This document shows, in pieces, positions 53,640 through 62,007 of a DNA stretch of 64,000 nt. This DNA is from Elusimicrobiales bacterium. GTDB lineage: Bacteria > Elusimicrobiota > Elusimicrobia > Elusimicrobiales > UBA9959. The notes under the pieces were generated by a model that had not been told where the DNA came from, searched no databases, and worked only from the letters and a program-made list of their open reading frames with translations. The position numbers and the translations under genes were made by a program. The DNA lies in the NCBI GenBank assembly GCA_031082205.1, contig JAVHLJ010000005.1:10269-74268 (forward strand), in the 5' to 3' direction. The first letter of the stretch is position 1. Each line of letters begins with the position of its first letter.

Positions 53640-53914
53640 AAGAGACTTACTCCGAGAAGGACCTGGCGAAGCTGATACAGCGAGTCCTGCAGGCCGGCGT
53701 GCTGCTCAGCGCGCTTTGCTTCCTGCTCGGCGCCGCCTGGCGCGGCGGCGCGGCCGGCGACGTTCTTTCGCGGGCGGGCGTGATCGTCCTTCTGGTCACG
53801 CCGGCCGCCAGGGTCGCCGCGCTCTTTTACGGCTACGCGCGGGCCCGGCAGTACCTCTTCGCCCTTTCCGCCTTCGTCGTGCTGGCGCTCCTGGGCGCCG
53901 CCGCGCTGGTCTGA
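53633..53914 (+). CDS. DUF1634-like small membrane protein
   Basis: 93 aa with 2-3 TM helices. Overlaps the TauE stop by 7 nt. This pairing is commonly seen next to TauE-family genes. Confidence 0.55.
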   Translation: MVKETYSEKDLAKLIQRVLQAGVLLSALCFLLGAAWRGGAAGDVLSRAGVIVLLVTPAARVAALFYGYARARQYLFALSAFVVLALLGAAALV

Positions 53915-53924
53915 TTTTGATAAG

Positions 53925-55145
53925 ATGGACCGTGCCATGAAAATGATCCTGCCCCTGCTCCTGCTCGCCTCCGCCTGCGCCGCCCCCGCGCGCGCGGCGG
54001 AGCCCGGCAACGGCGGGGAGAACGGCCGGGCGGCTTTCACGCTGGGCGCGGAACTGGACGCCGCCTACGACAGGGGCATAGCCCTGATGTACAGGCTGGA
54101 GTTCGACGCCGCCGAGGAAGTGTTCCAGGATGTCATAGACGTTTCCAGCTCCCATCCCGCCGGCTATTTCGCCATGACCGCCCTCTACTGGTGGCGCGCC
54201 GCCCAGAACTTCGACGTGCAGTCCAGCTCCACGGATTACGAGGCGCAGTTCCTGCGCCACGCCGACGAGACCGTGAGGGTGGCCGAGCTGATGCTGAAGT
54301 CCGGGGACCGCCGGGACCACGCCCTCTTCTTCCTGGGCAGCGCCCACGGGCTGAAAGGCCGCTGGTTCGCCCTGCAGCGGCGCTGGTGGAAGTCCTATGT
54401 CAGCGGCAACAAGGGAAGGAAACTGCTCAGGGAATGCGTGGCGATAAACCCCGCGGTCTACGACGCCTACCTGGGACTGGGCATCTTCGACTACTACGCC
54501 GACACTCTGCCCGGCGCGCTGGGAGTGGCGGCCCTCCTTTTCGTGAGGGGGGACAGGGTCAAGGGTGTCGAGCAGGTGCGCCTGGCGATGGAGAAGGGAC
54601 GGTTCTTCCCGACGGAGGCCAGGATATTCCTGATCGACATACTTACCCGGCACGAGAAGGACCACAAGGCCGCGATGGAGGAATCCCGTCTGCTGAGGGA
54701 GAGCGATCCGGATAACGCCTTCTTCTGGCTTGGCGATATCCTTACCCTCATACACGCCCGGGAATGGGACCGGGCTTTCGACGAATGCATGAAGTTCCTG
54801 ACCGCGCATCTCGGAACGAAGCATCCCTGGCTCTCCCAGCAGCTTTCGCTGGTATATCTTTCCGCGGGCGACGCCAAACTGGCGCTCAACAAGCCCGGCG
54901 AGGCCGCGGCCTGGTTCACCCAGGGGATAGAGAACACCGCCTACCCGGCCAAGGGCTGGGTCACCTACTGCTACCTGCGGCGCGGGCAGGCCTTCGACCT
55001 GATGGGCAGGCGCCAGGACGCCTTGAAGGACTACCGGACCGTCCTGGCGCGCGACAATTTCTGGGATTCCAGGCTCCACGCCGGCAAAGCCCTTAAAGCG
55101 GCCCCGGGCTTTCCCGAAGTGTACCGGCAGATAACCGAAGAATAG
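53925..55145 (+). CDS. Secreted TPR-like/helical repeat protein
   Basis: Signal peptide (MKMILPLLLLASACAAPARA) and helical repeat content. The start could be 53925 or 53937. Confidence 0.55.
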   Translation: MDRAMKMILPLLLLASACAAPARAAEPGNGGENGRAAFTLGAELDAAYDRGIALMYRLEFDAAEEVFQDVIDVSSSHPAGYFAMTALYWWRAAQNFDVQSSSTDYEAQFLRHADETVRVAELMLKSGDRRDHALFFLGSAHGLKGRWFALQRRWWKSYVSGNKGRKLLRECVAINPAVYDAYLGLGIFDYYADTLPGALGVAALLFVRGDRVKGVEQVRLAMEKGRFFPTEARIFLIDILTRHEKDHKAAMEESRLLRESDPDNAFFWLGDILTLIHAREWDRAFDECMKFLTAHLGTKHPWLSQQLSLVYLSAGDAKLALNKPGEAAAWFTQGIENTAYPAKGWVTYCYLRRGQAFDLMGRRQDALKDYRTVLARDNFWDSRLHAGKALKAAPGFPEVYRQITEE

Positions 55146-55156
55146 GGGAGGTTCCA

Positions 55157-56164
55157 ATGAAGAAGAACGAATTCACCGCCGTTGTCCCCGTCGCAGGGGC
55201 CGGCACCAGGCTCCGCCCTCATACTTATACATATCCCAAGGTCCTCCTTACCGTCGGCGACAAGCCTATAATCGGCCACATACTCGACGACCTGGCGGCC
55301 GCCGGCATAAAGAAAGTCTGCATGGTGACCGGCTACCTTGGCGACAAGATAAAGTTCTACGTCTCCTCGGCTTACCCGGGGCTGGAGGTGGACTACGTGG
55401 AGCAGCCCGAGCCCAAGGGCCTCGGACACGCCATCTGGCTGACCCGCGGCAGGGTGACCGGCCCGGTGCTGGTGATGCTGGGGGATACCATCCTTTCCGC
55501 GGACCTTTCCAAGTTCCTGGGAGGGCGCGAGGACTGCATCGCGGTCAAGGAAGTCGCCGACCCCCGCCGCTTCGGCGTGGTGGAGGTCAGGAACGGCTAT
55601 ATCTCGGCCATGGTCGAGAAGCCGGAGAAGCCGCGCACCAACCTGGCCATAGTCGGCATCTATTCGTTCCGCAACTCGTCTCAGCTCTACGGCAGCCTGC
55701 AGAGGCTGGTGGATTCCGGGACCACCACCAGGGGCGAGATACAGTTCACCGACGCCATGGCCATGATGGTCCGGAGCGGACACCGCATAAAGCCGGTCCG
55801 TATAGAAGGCTGGTACGACTGCGGCAAGCCAGAGACGCTGCTGGAGACCAACCGCTACATACTCGGTCGCGGCTCTTTCAGGGCCAAGGCTCCCGGAACC
55901 CTGATAGTGCCCCCCGTCTACATATCTCCCGGCGCCGAAGTGCGCGATTCCATAATCGGCCCTCACGTCTCCGTCGGTCCCGGCTGCCGCATAGAACGGT
56001 CCATAATATCGGACACGATAATCAACGAGGGTGCGCAGGTTTCCGACATGAACCTGGCCGGCTCGCTGATAGGACCGAGCGCGGTGGCCTACGGCCGCCG
56101 CTACAAGCTCAACGTGGGGGAGAATTCGGAAGTCGTCTTCGAGGCCGGCGCGCAGCCTGAGTAG
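55157..56164 (+). CDS. Sugar-phosphate nucleotidyltransferase with a C-terminal left-handed beta-helix
   Basis: VPVAGAGTRLRP...PKVLL N-terminal motif and hexapeptide-repeat-like C-terminus. GGGGAGG RBS. Confidence 0.8.
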   Translation: MKKNEFTAVVPVAGAGTRLRPHTYTYPKVLLTVGDKPIIGHILDDLAAAGIKKVCMVTGYLGDKIKFYVSSAYPGLEVDYVEQPEPKGLGHAIWLTRGRVTGPVLVMLGDTILSADLSKFLGGREDCIAVKEVADPRRFGVVEVRNGYISAMVEKPEKPRTNLAIVGIYSFRNSSQLYGSLQRLVDSGTTTRGEIQFTDAMAMMVRSGHRIKPVRIEGWYDCGKPETLLETNRYILGRGSFRAKAPGTLIVPPVYISPGAEVRDSIIGPHVSVGPGCRIERSIISDTIINEGAQVSDMNLAGSLIGPSAVAYGRRYKLNVGENSEVVFEAGAQPE

Positions 56165-56194
56165 GAAGGCCGCGCCCGCGGCCGCCCGCGCTGC

Positions 56195-57376
56195 TCAGCC
56201 GCGCGGCCGGCGGACCCAGTCCAGCGCCGTTATGCGGCGCAGCGCCTCGTAGAGGCGGGAGTCGGGTTCCGTCAGCGAGAAGCGCACGTAGCCCTCGCCG
56301 CAACTGCCGAAGCCCGAGCCCGGGGCGGCCAGCACCGCGGCTTTTTCCAGCATAAGGCAGACCGAATCTATCGACTTCATGGCGGCCGGCGGGCGCGCCC
56401 AGACGAAGCAGCTGCCGGCGGGACGCCGCAGCTTCCAGCCCGCCTCTTCAAGGCCCGAGCAGAACCTGTCCGACCTGGCCGCGAATTTGGCGCGGACGGG
56501 GGGGGTTATCCGTTCGTGATTGTCCAGGCCCCAGGCCGCCGCGTTCTGTATGGCGTTGAACGGGCCCGAGTCGATGTTCTCTTTGAGGGAGTTGAGCGCC
56601 CGCACCAGTTCGCCGTTGCCTACGACCCAGCCTATCCGCCAGCCCGCCATGCAGTAGGTCTTGGAGACCGAGTAGAACTCCACGGCGACGTCGCGCGCTC
56701 CGGGGACCTGCAGTATGCTGGGGGCCGGCTCGCCGAAATAGAGGTCGCAGTAGGCGGCGTCCTGGGCTATGATAACCGAGTTCTTTTTCGCCCAGCGCAC
56801 CAGTTCCTTGTAGAAATCCAGCGAAGCGCCCGCGCCCGTAGGGTTGTTCGGGTAGTTGAGGAAGAAAAGTTTCGCCTTTTCCGCGGCGCGGCGGGGTATC
56901 CGGCCGAGGTCCGGCAGGAAGCCGTTCTTCTCCTCCAGCGGCACGTCGTGGACGCGGCCGCCGGCCAGGACGACCCCGGTGCGGTAGGTCGGGTAGGTGG
57001 GGTCCGGTATCAGGCAGAGGTCGCCCGGGTCCATCACCGCCAGCGGCAGGTGTGCTATGCCCTCCTTGGACCCTATCAGTATCGAAACTTCGTCCGAGGG
57101 ATGGAAAGAGAGGCCGTGGCGGCGCTTATGCCAGGCCGCGACGGCTTCGCGCAGGGTCGCGTTGCCCTTGGTGTTCGGGTAGCGGTGGTTGGGCGCTTTT
57201 TTTATCTCGCGCAGCGCCGCGGCGACTACGCCCTTGTCGGTCGGTATGTCGGGGTCGCCGACGGCGAGGCTGATGATGTCCCGCCCCTTGGCCCGCTCCG
57301 CTGCCGCCTGGCGGTAGAGCTCCTCGAACAGGAAAGGTTTGAAATTCCTGAAATTGCGGCTGAACTTTATTTTCAT
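56195..57376 (-). CDS. dapL: LL-diaminopimelate aminotransferase-like class I aminotransferase (DapL type)
   Basis: GDPDIPT, NHRYP, GSKEGIAH, NYPNNPTG and SVSKTYCMAGWRIG (PLP Lys). The pattern matches the direct DAP aminotransferase family as I recall it. Confidence 0.65.
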   Translation of the reverse strand: MKIKFSRNFRNFKPFLFEELYRQAAAERAKGRDIISLAVGDPDIPTDKGVVAAALREIKKAPNHRYPNTKGNATLREAVAAWHKRRHGLSFHPSDEVSILIGSKEGIAHLPLAVMDPGDLCLIPDPTYPTYRTGVVLAGGRVHDVPLEEKNGFLPDLGRIPRRAAEKAKLFFLNYPNNPTGAGASLDFYKELVRWAKKNSVIIAQDAAYCDLYFGEPAPSILQVPGARDVAVEFYSVSKTYCMAGWRIGWVVGNGELVRALNSLKENIDSGPFNAIQNAAAWGLDNHERITPPVRAKFAARSDRFCSGLEEAGWKLRRPAGSCFVWARPPAAMKSIDSVCLMLEKAAVLAAPGSGFGSCGEGYVRFSLTEPDSRLYEALRRITALDWVRRPRG

Positions 57377-57383
57377 GGATACC

Positions 57384-58355
57384 TCAGCAACAGGTGTCGC
57401 AGGACGAATCCTTGCGCAGTTCGCTCTCGACCTGGAACACGGAATGCCGGATCCCGAACTTTTCGGACGCCAGGCAGGAGGCCTCTTTGAGCGCGGGCTG
57501 CTGCCTGGCCGGGTCCTTCACTATCAGGTGAGCGGTCAGGGCGTTGAAGCCGGACGAGAGGCTCCAGGCGTGCAGCTCGTGCACGCCGCTGACGCCGTCT
57601 ATGTCCAGCAGCGCTTTTTCCACGGCCTTCATCGAAAGCCCGCGCGGGGTCCCTTCCATCAGTATGTGGAAGGCTTCCATCAGCAGCCGCGTGGAGCTGA
57701 AAAGTATGAGGGCTATGATCAGCACCGAGACTATGGTGTCGGCCGTGTACCAGCCGGTGAAATAGATGACGGCGCCGGCGACGATGGCGGCGACCGAGCC
57801 CGCCAGGTCGCTGAGCACGTGCAGGAAAGCTCCGCGGATATTGATGTTCTCGGCGCTGTGGCGGTGCAGGATCCAGGCGCAGGCCAGGTTGGCCAGCAGC
57901 CCGGCGAAAGCTATCGCCAGCATGGGGACGGATAGAACCGGTACCGGGTTATGGAAGCGCTCCCAGACCTCGCGCAGCATGAAGCCGCAGAGCAGCCAGA
58001 GCAGCGTGGCGTTGGCCAGCGCGGCGACCACTTCGGCCCGGCGGTAGCCGTAGGTGCGCTTGGAGTCGGGCTTCAGCGTGGCCAGCCTGGAGGCGATGAA
58101 GCTCATGCCCAGCGCGGCGGCGTCGGTGAGCATGTGCATGGCGTCGCTGAGCAGCGCCATGCTGCCGGTCAGCAGGCCGCCGGCGGCTTCCAGCACCATG
58201 AAACCGGAGGTTATGAAAAAGGCCCAGGTTATCGCCGTCCGGTGGGCGCCGGCGCCGTGATGATGGGAGTGCCCCGCGCCGCCGTGGTCATGGCCGTGGT
58301 CGTGGGAGTGGTCGTGCCCGCAGGAATGGCCGGCGTGGTCGTGGTGATGCCCCAT
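57384..58355 (-). CDS. Cation diffusion facilitator metal exporter (CzcD/ZitB family)
   Basis: His-rich N-terminus, six TM helices with HMLTD and HVLSD metal-site motifs, and a C-terminal cytoplasmic domain. Confidence 0.88.
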   Translation of the reverse strand: MGHHHDHAGHSCGHDHSHDHGHDHGGAGHSHHHGAGAHRTAITWAFFITSGFMVLEAAGGLLTGSMALLSDAMHMLTDAAALGMSFIASRLATLKPDSKRTYGYRRAEVVAALANATLLWLLCGFMLREVWERFHNPVPVLSVPMLAIAFAGLLANLACAWILHRHSAENINIRGAFLHVLSDLAGSVAAIVAGAVIYFTGWYTADTIVSVLIIALILFSSTRLLMEAFHILMEGTPRGLSMKAVEKALLDIDGVSGVHELHAWSLSSGFNALTAHLIVKDPARQQPALKEASCLASEKFGIRHSVFQVESELRKDSSCDTCC

Positions 58356-58359
58356 GGTC

Positions 58360-59619
58360 TTATTTCGCCCCTATCATGCTCAGTCCGGGGAAGTAGGTCA
58401 CTATGGCCAGCACGGCCAGCAGCAGCAACAGGAAAGGCACTATCGACCCGTAGAGCTCGGGGAGCTTGCGGTTGAAGCGCGAACTGGAGAGGAAGAGGTT
58501 GAGCCCCAGCGGCGGCAGCATATAGCCTATCTCGAGGTTGAGTATGAAGATGACCCCGAGGTGTATCGGGTCCACGCCGTACTGCAGCGCCACCGGCACG
58601 ATTATGGGTACGACGATGATTATCGCCGAGAAGATCTCGATCATGTTTATGATCAGCAGGAAGATGTTGAGCAGGACGAGGAAGAGGAACTTGCTCTGCA
58701 CGAAAGAGTGCATCCAGGCGAAGATCGCGTCGGGGATCTGCGCGTCGATGAGGTAGTTGGTCAGCCCCAGCGCCGTGCCGAGCACGATGAAGATTGAGCC
58801 GACCAGGATCATGCTCTTGACCGCTATCTTGGCTATGTCGCGACGCAGGCAGAGGTCCTTGTATATGAAGACCTCCACTATCACTACGTAGAAGGACATG
58901 ATCGAGGCCGCCTCGCCGGCCGTGAACACGCCCTTGTAGATGCCGCCGATTATCAGGAAGGGCAGCGGTATCTCCCAGGCCGCGGCGCGCACCGCCGACA
59001 GTATCTTGGCGGGCTCGAAGGCGAGCCTCTGCACTCCCGAGCGGCGGGCTACGAAATACGCGTATACCGACAGCACCAGCAGAAGGAAGAGGCCAGGCGG
59101 CAGCGCCGCCTTGAAAAGCAGGTCCAGGTTGAGCTTGCCGACTATGGCGTAGAGGATTATCGGCAGGCTGGGGGGGAAGAGGAGGCCCAGGCTGCCCGTG
59201 GTGGTCAGCAGCCCCAGCGTGAACTTCTCGGGGTAGCCCTGCTTCTTGAGCATCGGGTAGAGCAGGCCGCCCAGCGCGATTATCGTGACGCCCGACGCCC
59301 CCGTGAAGGCGGTGAAGACGGCCGTGGCGAAGAGGGCCACTATGGCGAGCCCTCCGGGCAGGAAGCCGAACATCGCCTCGGCCAGGGCCAGCAGGCGGCG
59401 GGGAGCGCCGCTCTCGGCCAGCACATATCCCGCGAAGGTGAAAAGCGGTATGGCGATGAGGGCCGGCAGCGAGGCCAGCCGGAGCATCTCGACGATCACG
59501 GCGGAGGAATCGATCCCCTCCGCGCCGAAGAGGTATATAGCGCCGCCGCCGATGAGCGTGAAGACCGGCGCGCCCAGGAAGGCGAGCAGCAGTATGCCGA
59601 GGGCTATGAGTATCCCCAT
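58360..59619 (-). CDS. dctM: TRAP transporter large permease subunit (DctM family)
   Basis: 419 aa, polytopic, with family-level resemblance. Shares 1 nt between its start and the stop of the small subunit gene. Confidence 0.88.
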   Translation of the reverse strand: MGILIALGILLLAFLGAPVFTLIGGGAIYLFGAEGIDSSAVIVEMLRLASLPALIAIPLFTFAGYVLAESGAPRRLLALAEAMFGFLPGGLAIVALFATAVFTAFTGASGVTIIALGGLLYPMLKKQGYPEKFTLGLLTTTGSLGLLFPPSLPIILYAIVGKLNLDLLFKAALPPGLFLLLVLSVYAYFVARRSGVQRLAFEPAKILSAVRAAAWEIPLPFLIIGGIYKGVFTAGEAASIMSFYVVIVEVFIYKDLCLRRDIAKIAVKSMILVGSIFIVLGTALGLTNYLIDAQIPDAIFAWMHSFVQSKFLFLVLLNIFLLIINMIEIFSAIIIVVPIIVPVALQYGVDPIHLGVIFILNLEIGYMLPPLGLNLFLSSSRFNRKLPELYGSIVPFLLLLLAVLAIVTYFPGLSMIGAK

Positions 59620-60125
59620 CAGAACCTGAACTCCTCACCCGGGTCGACGACCCGGAACAGGTTCATGACGGTGTGGAAGATTATGAGCACGAAAACGGCC
59701 GGGATTATCATGTGGGCCCAGCCGGACGGCACCGCGAAATGGCCTATGTAAAAGGAGGTGGAGGCGGAGGCGAAGTCGTCCCTGACGAACTTCCAGGCCG
59801 CCCAGAAAAGGAGCCCGGAGACCGCGACGGTGAAAGAACCGGCGAAGATGGCCAGCGGGCGGTGGACTTTTTCGGGAGCGAACTTGACCAGCGCCTCGAG
59901 GGCGAACTGGCGCGAATAGCGCGAGGCCAGGGCGGTGCCCAGCAGGCCGGACCAGAGCACCATGTGGCGCAGCACCGGGTCGAGCCAGACTATGCCGGAG
60001 TGAAAGAAGACCCTCAGCAATACCTGCAGGAAGGAGAGGGCGATCATCAGCGCCACGAAGAGCACTATCAGGGCCTTTTCTCCCTTGACGGTCCATTCCT
60101 CGAAGCGGAACAGGAATCGCATCAT
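59619..60125 (-). CDS. dctQ: TRAP transporter small permease subunit (DctQ family)
   Basis: Start trimmed to the ATG at 60125 (MMRFLFRFEEW). The longer track ORF would run into the 60148-60190 hairpin. Four TM helices. Confidence 0.8.
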   Translation of the reverse strand: MMRFLFRFEEWTVKGEKALIVLFVALMIALSFLQVLLRVFFHSGIVWLDPVLRHMVLWSGLLGTALASRYSRQFALEALVKFAPEKVHRPLAIFAGSFTVAVSGLLFWAAWKFVRDDFASASTSFYIGHFAVPSGWAHMIIPAVFVLIIFHTVMNLFRVVDPGEEFRF

Positions 60126-60147
60126 AATATTATTATCCAATAATGGC

Positions 60148-60190
60148 GCCGGCCCCCGCAACCCCCGGACTGGGGGCGGCGGGGGCCGGC
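60148..60190 (-). promoter_or_regulatory. Intercistronic GC stem-loop between dctP and dctQ
   Basis: 12-bp perfect stem gccggcccccgc / gcgggggccggc with an inner ccccc/ggggg stem, 10 nt after the dctP stop. No U-tract follows. Confidence 0.5.
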
Positions 60191-60200
60191 GTTACGCCTG

Positions 60201-61214
60201 TTATTGCGCTTTCTTGGGCTTGCGGAACTCGGACAGGGCTTTCTCTATGCGGCCGAGCAGTTCGCCGGAGTAGAGCTTGCCGGTAAGCGATTCGCGGGCC
60301 GCCTTCCCGGTCTTCTCGAACTCGGAGGCGACCGTTCTGCCGGCCGGGTCGGTGAAGTTTATGCCGGCTTTCTTCAGCAGGTCGATCGATTTGAGGTTGT
60401 CGGCGCGGCTGACGCGGGTGAGTTCCCGGAAATGTTTGTCGCCGGCCGCGAGCAGCGCGGCCTGGTCCTCCTTAGAGAGGGAGCCGAAGGCTTTCTTGGA
60501 AATGAGCACGGCGCCGGAGGCGTTGGCCATGGGCAGCGAGAGGGCGTACTTCATGCGCGTGTGCCACTGCAGCGCCAGCACCGCCAGCGGCGAGCCGTAA
60601 AGGCCGTCTATCATCCCGGTCTGCAGCGAGGTCATCACGTCGGTGATGGACAGCGGGATGGGCTTCACTCCGAGGGCGGCGAACGAGGCCTCGGCTATCG
60701 GATCGCCTTCCCAGATCCACATCTTTACCGCCTTCAGGTCCTCCGGTTTCTTGACCGGCGAATTGGAAAGTATGATGACGTCTCCGACCTCGGCCCAGCC
60801 CAGCAGGACATAACCGGCCGCGTCGAACATCTTCCTGAACTCGGCGTCCATGGCCCCGTAAACATGGTCTATCTCGGCGGGGCTCTTGAAGAGGAACGGG
60901 GTGTCCAGCACGCGGGCGGCCGGGGCTATCTCGCCTATCCCGACGCCGGTGAAGCCGCCGGCCTGGAGCTGGCCTATGCGTATCTTGCGGACCACGTCCT
61001 TCTCGTCGCCCTGCACTCCGCCGGGATACATGCGGAACCTGACGCGGCCGGCGGTCTTTTCTTTCACCTCGTCGGCGAAGGAGTTCATGACCTTCATCCA
61101 GGCGGAGCCTTCCGGGGCCAGCGTGGCGAACTTTATTGTGACCTGGGAGGCGGCGGCGGGCAGGGCCGCGGCCAGCGTTACCAGAAGGGAGAGCAGCAGC
61201 TTAGAAAAGTTCAT
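60201..61214 (-). CDS. dctP: TRAP transporter substrate-binding protein (DctP family)
   Basis: Signal peptide MNFSKLLLSLLVTLAAALPAAAS and DctP-like fold pattern. A GGAGGAAAAAG RBS is embedded in the end of the tatT-like gene. Confidence 0.88.
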   Translation of the reverse strand: MNFSKLLLSLLVTLAAALPAAASQVTIKFATLAPEGSAWMKVMNSFADEVKEKTAGRVRFRMYPGGVQGDEKDVVRKIRIGQLQAGGFTGVGIGEIAPAARVLDTPFLFKSPAEIDHVYGAMDAEFRKMFDAAGYVLLGWAEVGDVIILSNSPVKKPEDLKAVKMWIWEGDPIAEASFAALGVKPIPLSITDVMTSLQTGMIDGLYGSPLAVLALQWHTRMKYALSLPMANASGAVLISKKAFGSLSKEDQAALLAAGDKHFRELTRVSRADNLKSIDLLKKAGINFTDPAGRTVASEFEKTGKAARESLTGKLYSGELLGRIEKALSEFRKPKKAQ

Positions 61215-62007
61215 CTTTTTCCTCCAGCAGGGCTTTAGCTTTTATTTTCGCCACCTCGTTGGCCAGCCGGGTCTCGTCGTCCTTAAGTTCGGCTGACAGG
61301 ACGGCTTCCAGCGTCGACACGAAGAAATCCTCGTCGAGGGCGGCCGGCGCGTACATGCGCGCGGCCATGTAGCGGTTGAGCAGGAAGCCGGCGCCGGCAC
61401 CTTCCGCGGCGGCGGTGAAATAGGCCCGGGCCTTATCCGGGTCGCCGCCCAGCATGCGCGGGCGTATGGAATAGTAGGCGCCCATCATGCTGTGAGCCCC
61501 GTTGTAATAGTAGGAGGGTTCCAGCTCCAGCAGGCGCAGCGCCGCGGGTTCTATCGACGGTATCTCGGCTATGGCCTCGGGTTTGTCGCGGTTTATGTTG
61601 ACGTAGGAGGCCTTGCAGAAGGTGTGCCAGAAAAGCGCGGGCACGTCCCGCTTGCGGGCTTCGGCCGGGCCCCGGCCGCCCAGCGCCTTTTCGGCGTAAG
61701 CCTGGCCCTTTAGGTAGAAACCGGAGGCGCGTTCCGGCGTCCCGTCCTCGAGGAACATGAAGGCGTAGCCGCAGAAACCCTGGGCCGCGTTGACCAGCAG
61801 GCCCCTGTTCTCCGGGTCGTTGGCGATGAGTATCTCCATCAGCTGGAGATTGCCGGGCAGGGCCTCGCGGGCGTACTGCGGGTCGGACTGGGAGAAGACG
61901 GAGGGGAGTCCCCTGTCTATGACGCCGGAGGTGACCTTCGCCGCCGTGCGGTTTAGCGAGCAGCCGGCCAGCAGGGGGAAGGCGGCGGCGAGCAGCAGCT
62001 TTTTCAC
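61201..62007 (-). CDS. tatT: TatT-family TPR lipoprotein associated with TRAP transporters
   Basis: Canonical lipobox LLAGC and helical TPR-like body. Sits directly upstream of and overlapping dctP. The GTG start overlaps the malQ stop (GTGA). Confidence 0.65.
   Translation of the reverse strand: MKKLLLAAAFPLLAGCSLNRTAAKVTSGVIDRGLPSVFSQSDPQYAREALPGNLQLMEILIANDPENRGLLVNAAQGFCGYAFMFLEDGTPERASGFYLKGQAYAEKALGGRGPAEARKRDVPALFWHTFCKASYVNINRDKPEAIAEIPSIEPAALRLLELEPSYYYNGAHSMMGAYYSIRPRMLGGDPDKARAYFTAAAEGAGAGFLLNRYMAARMYAPAALDEDFFVSTLEAVLSAELKDDETRLANEVAKIKAKALLEEKDELF

Noticed and set aside
56165-56194. Possible bidirectional terminator between the convergent nucleotidyltransferase and dapL genes
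   Set aside because: Only a 6-bp ggccgc/gcggcc inverted repeat with no U-tracts, which is too weak to call.
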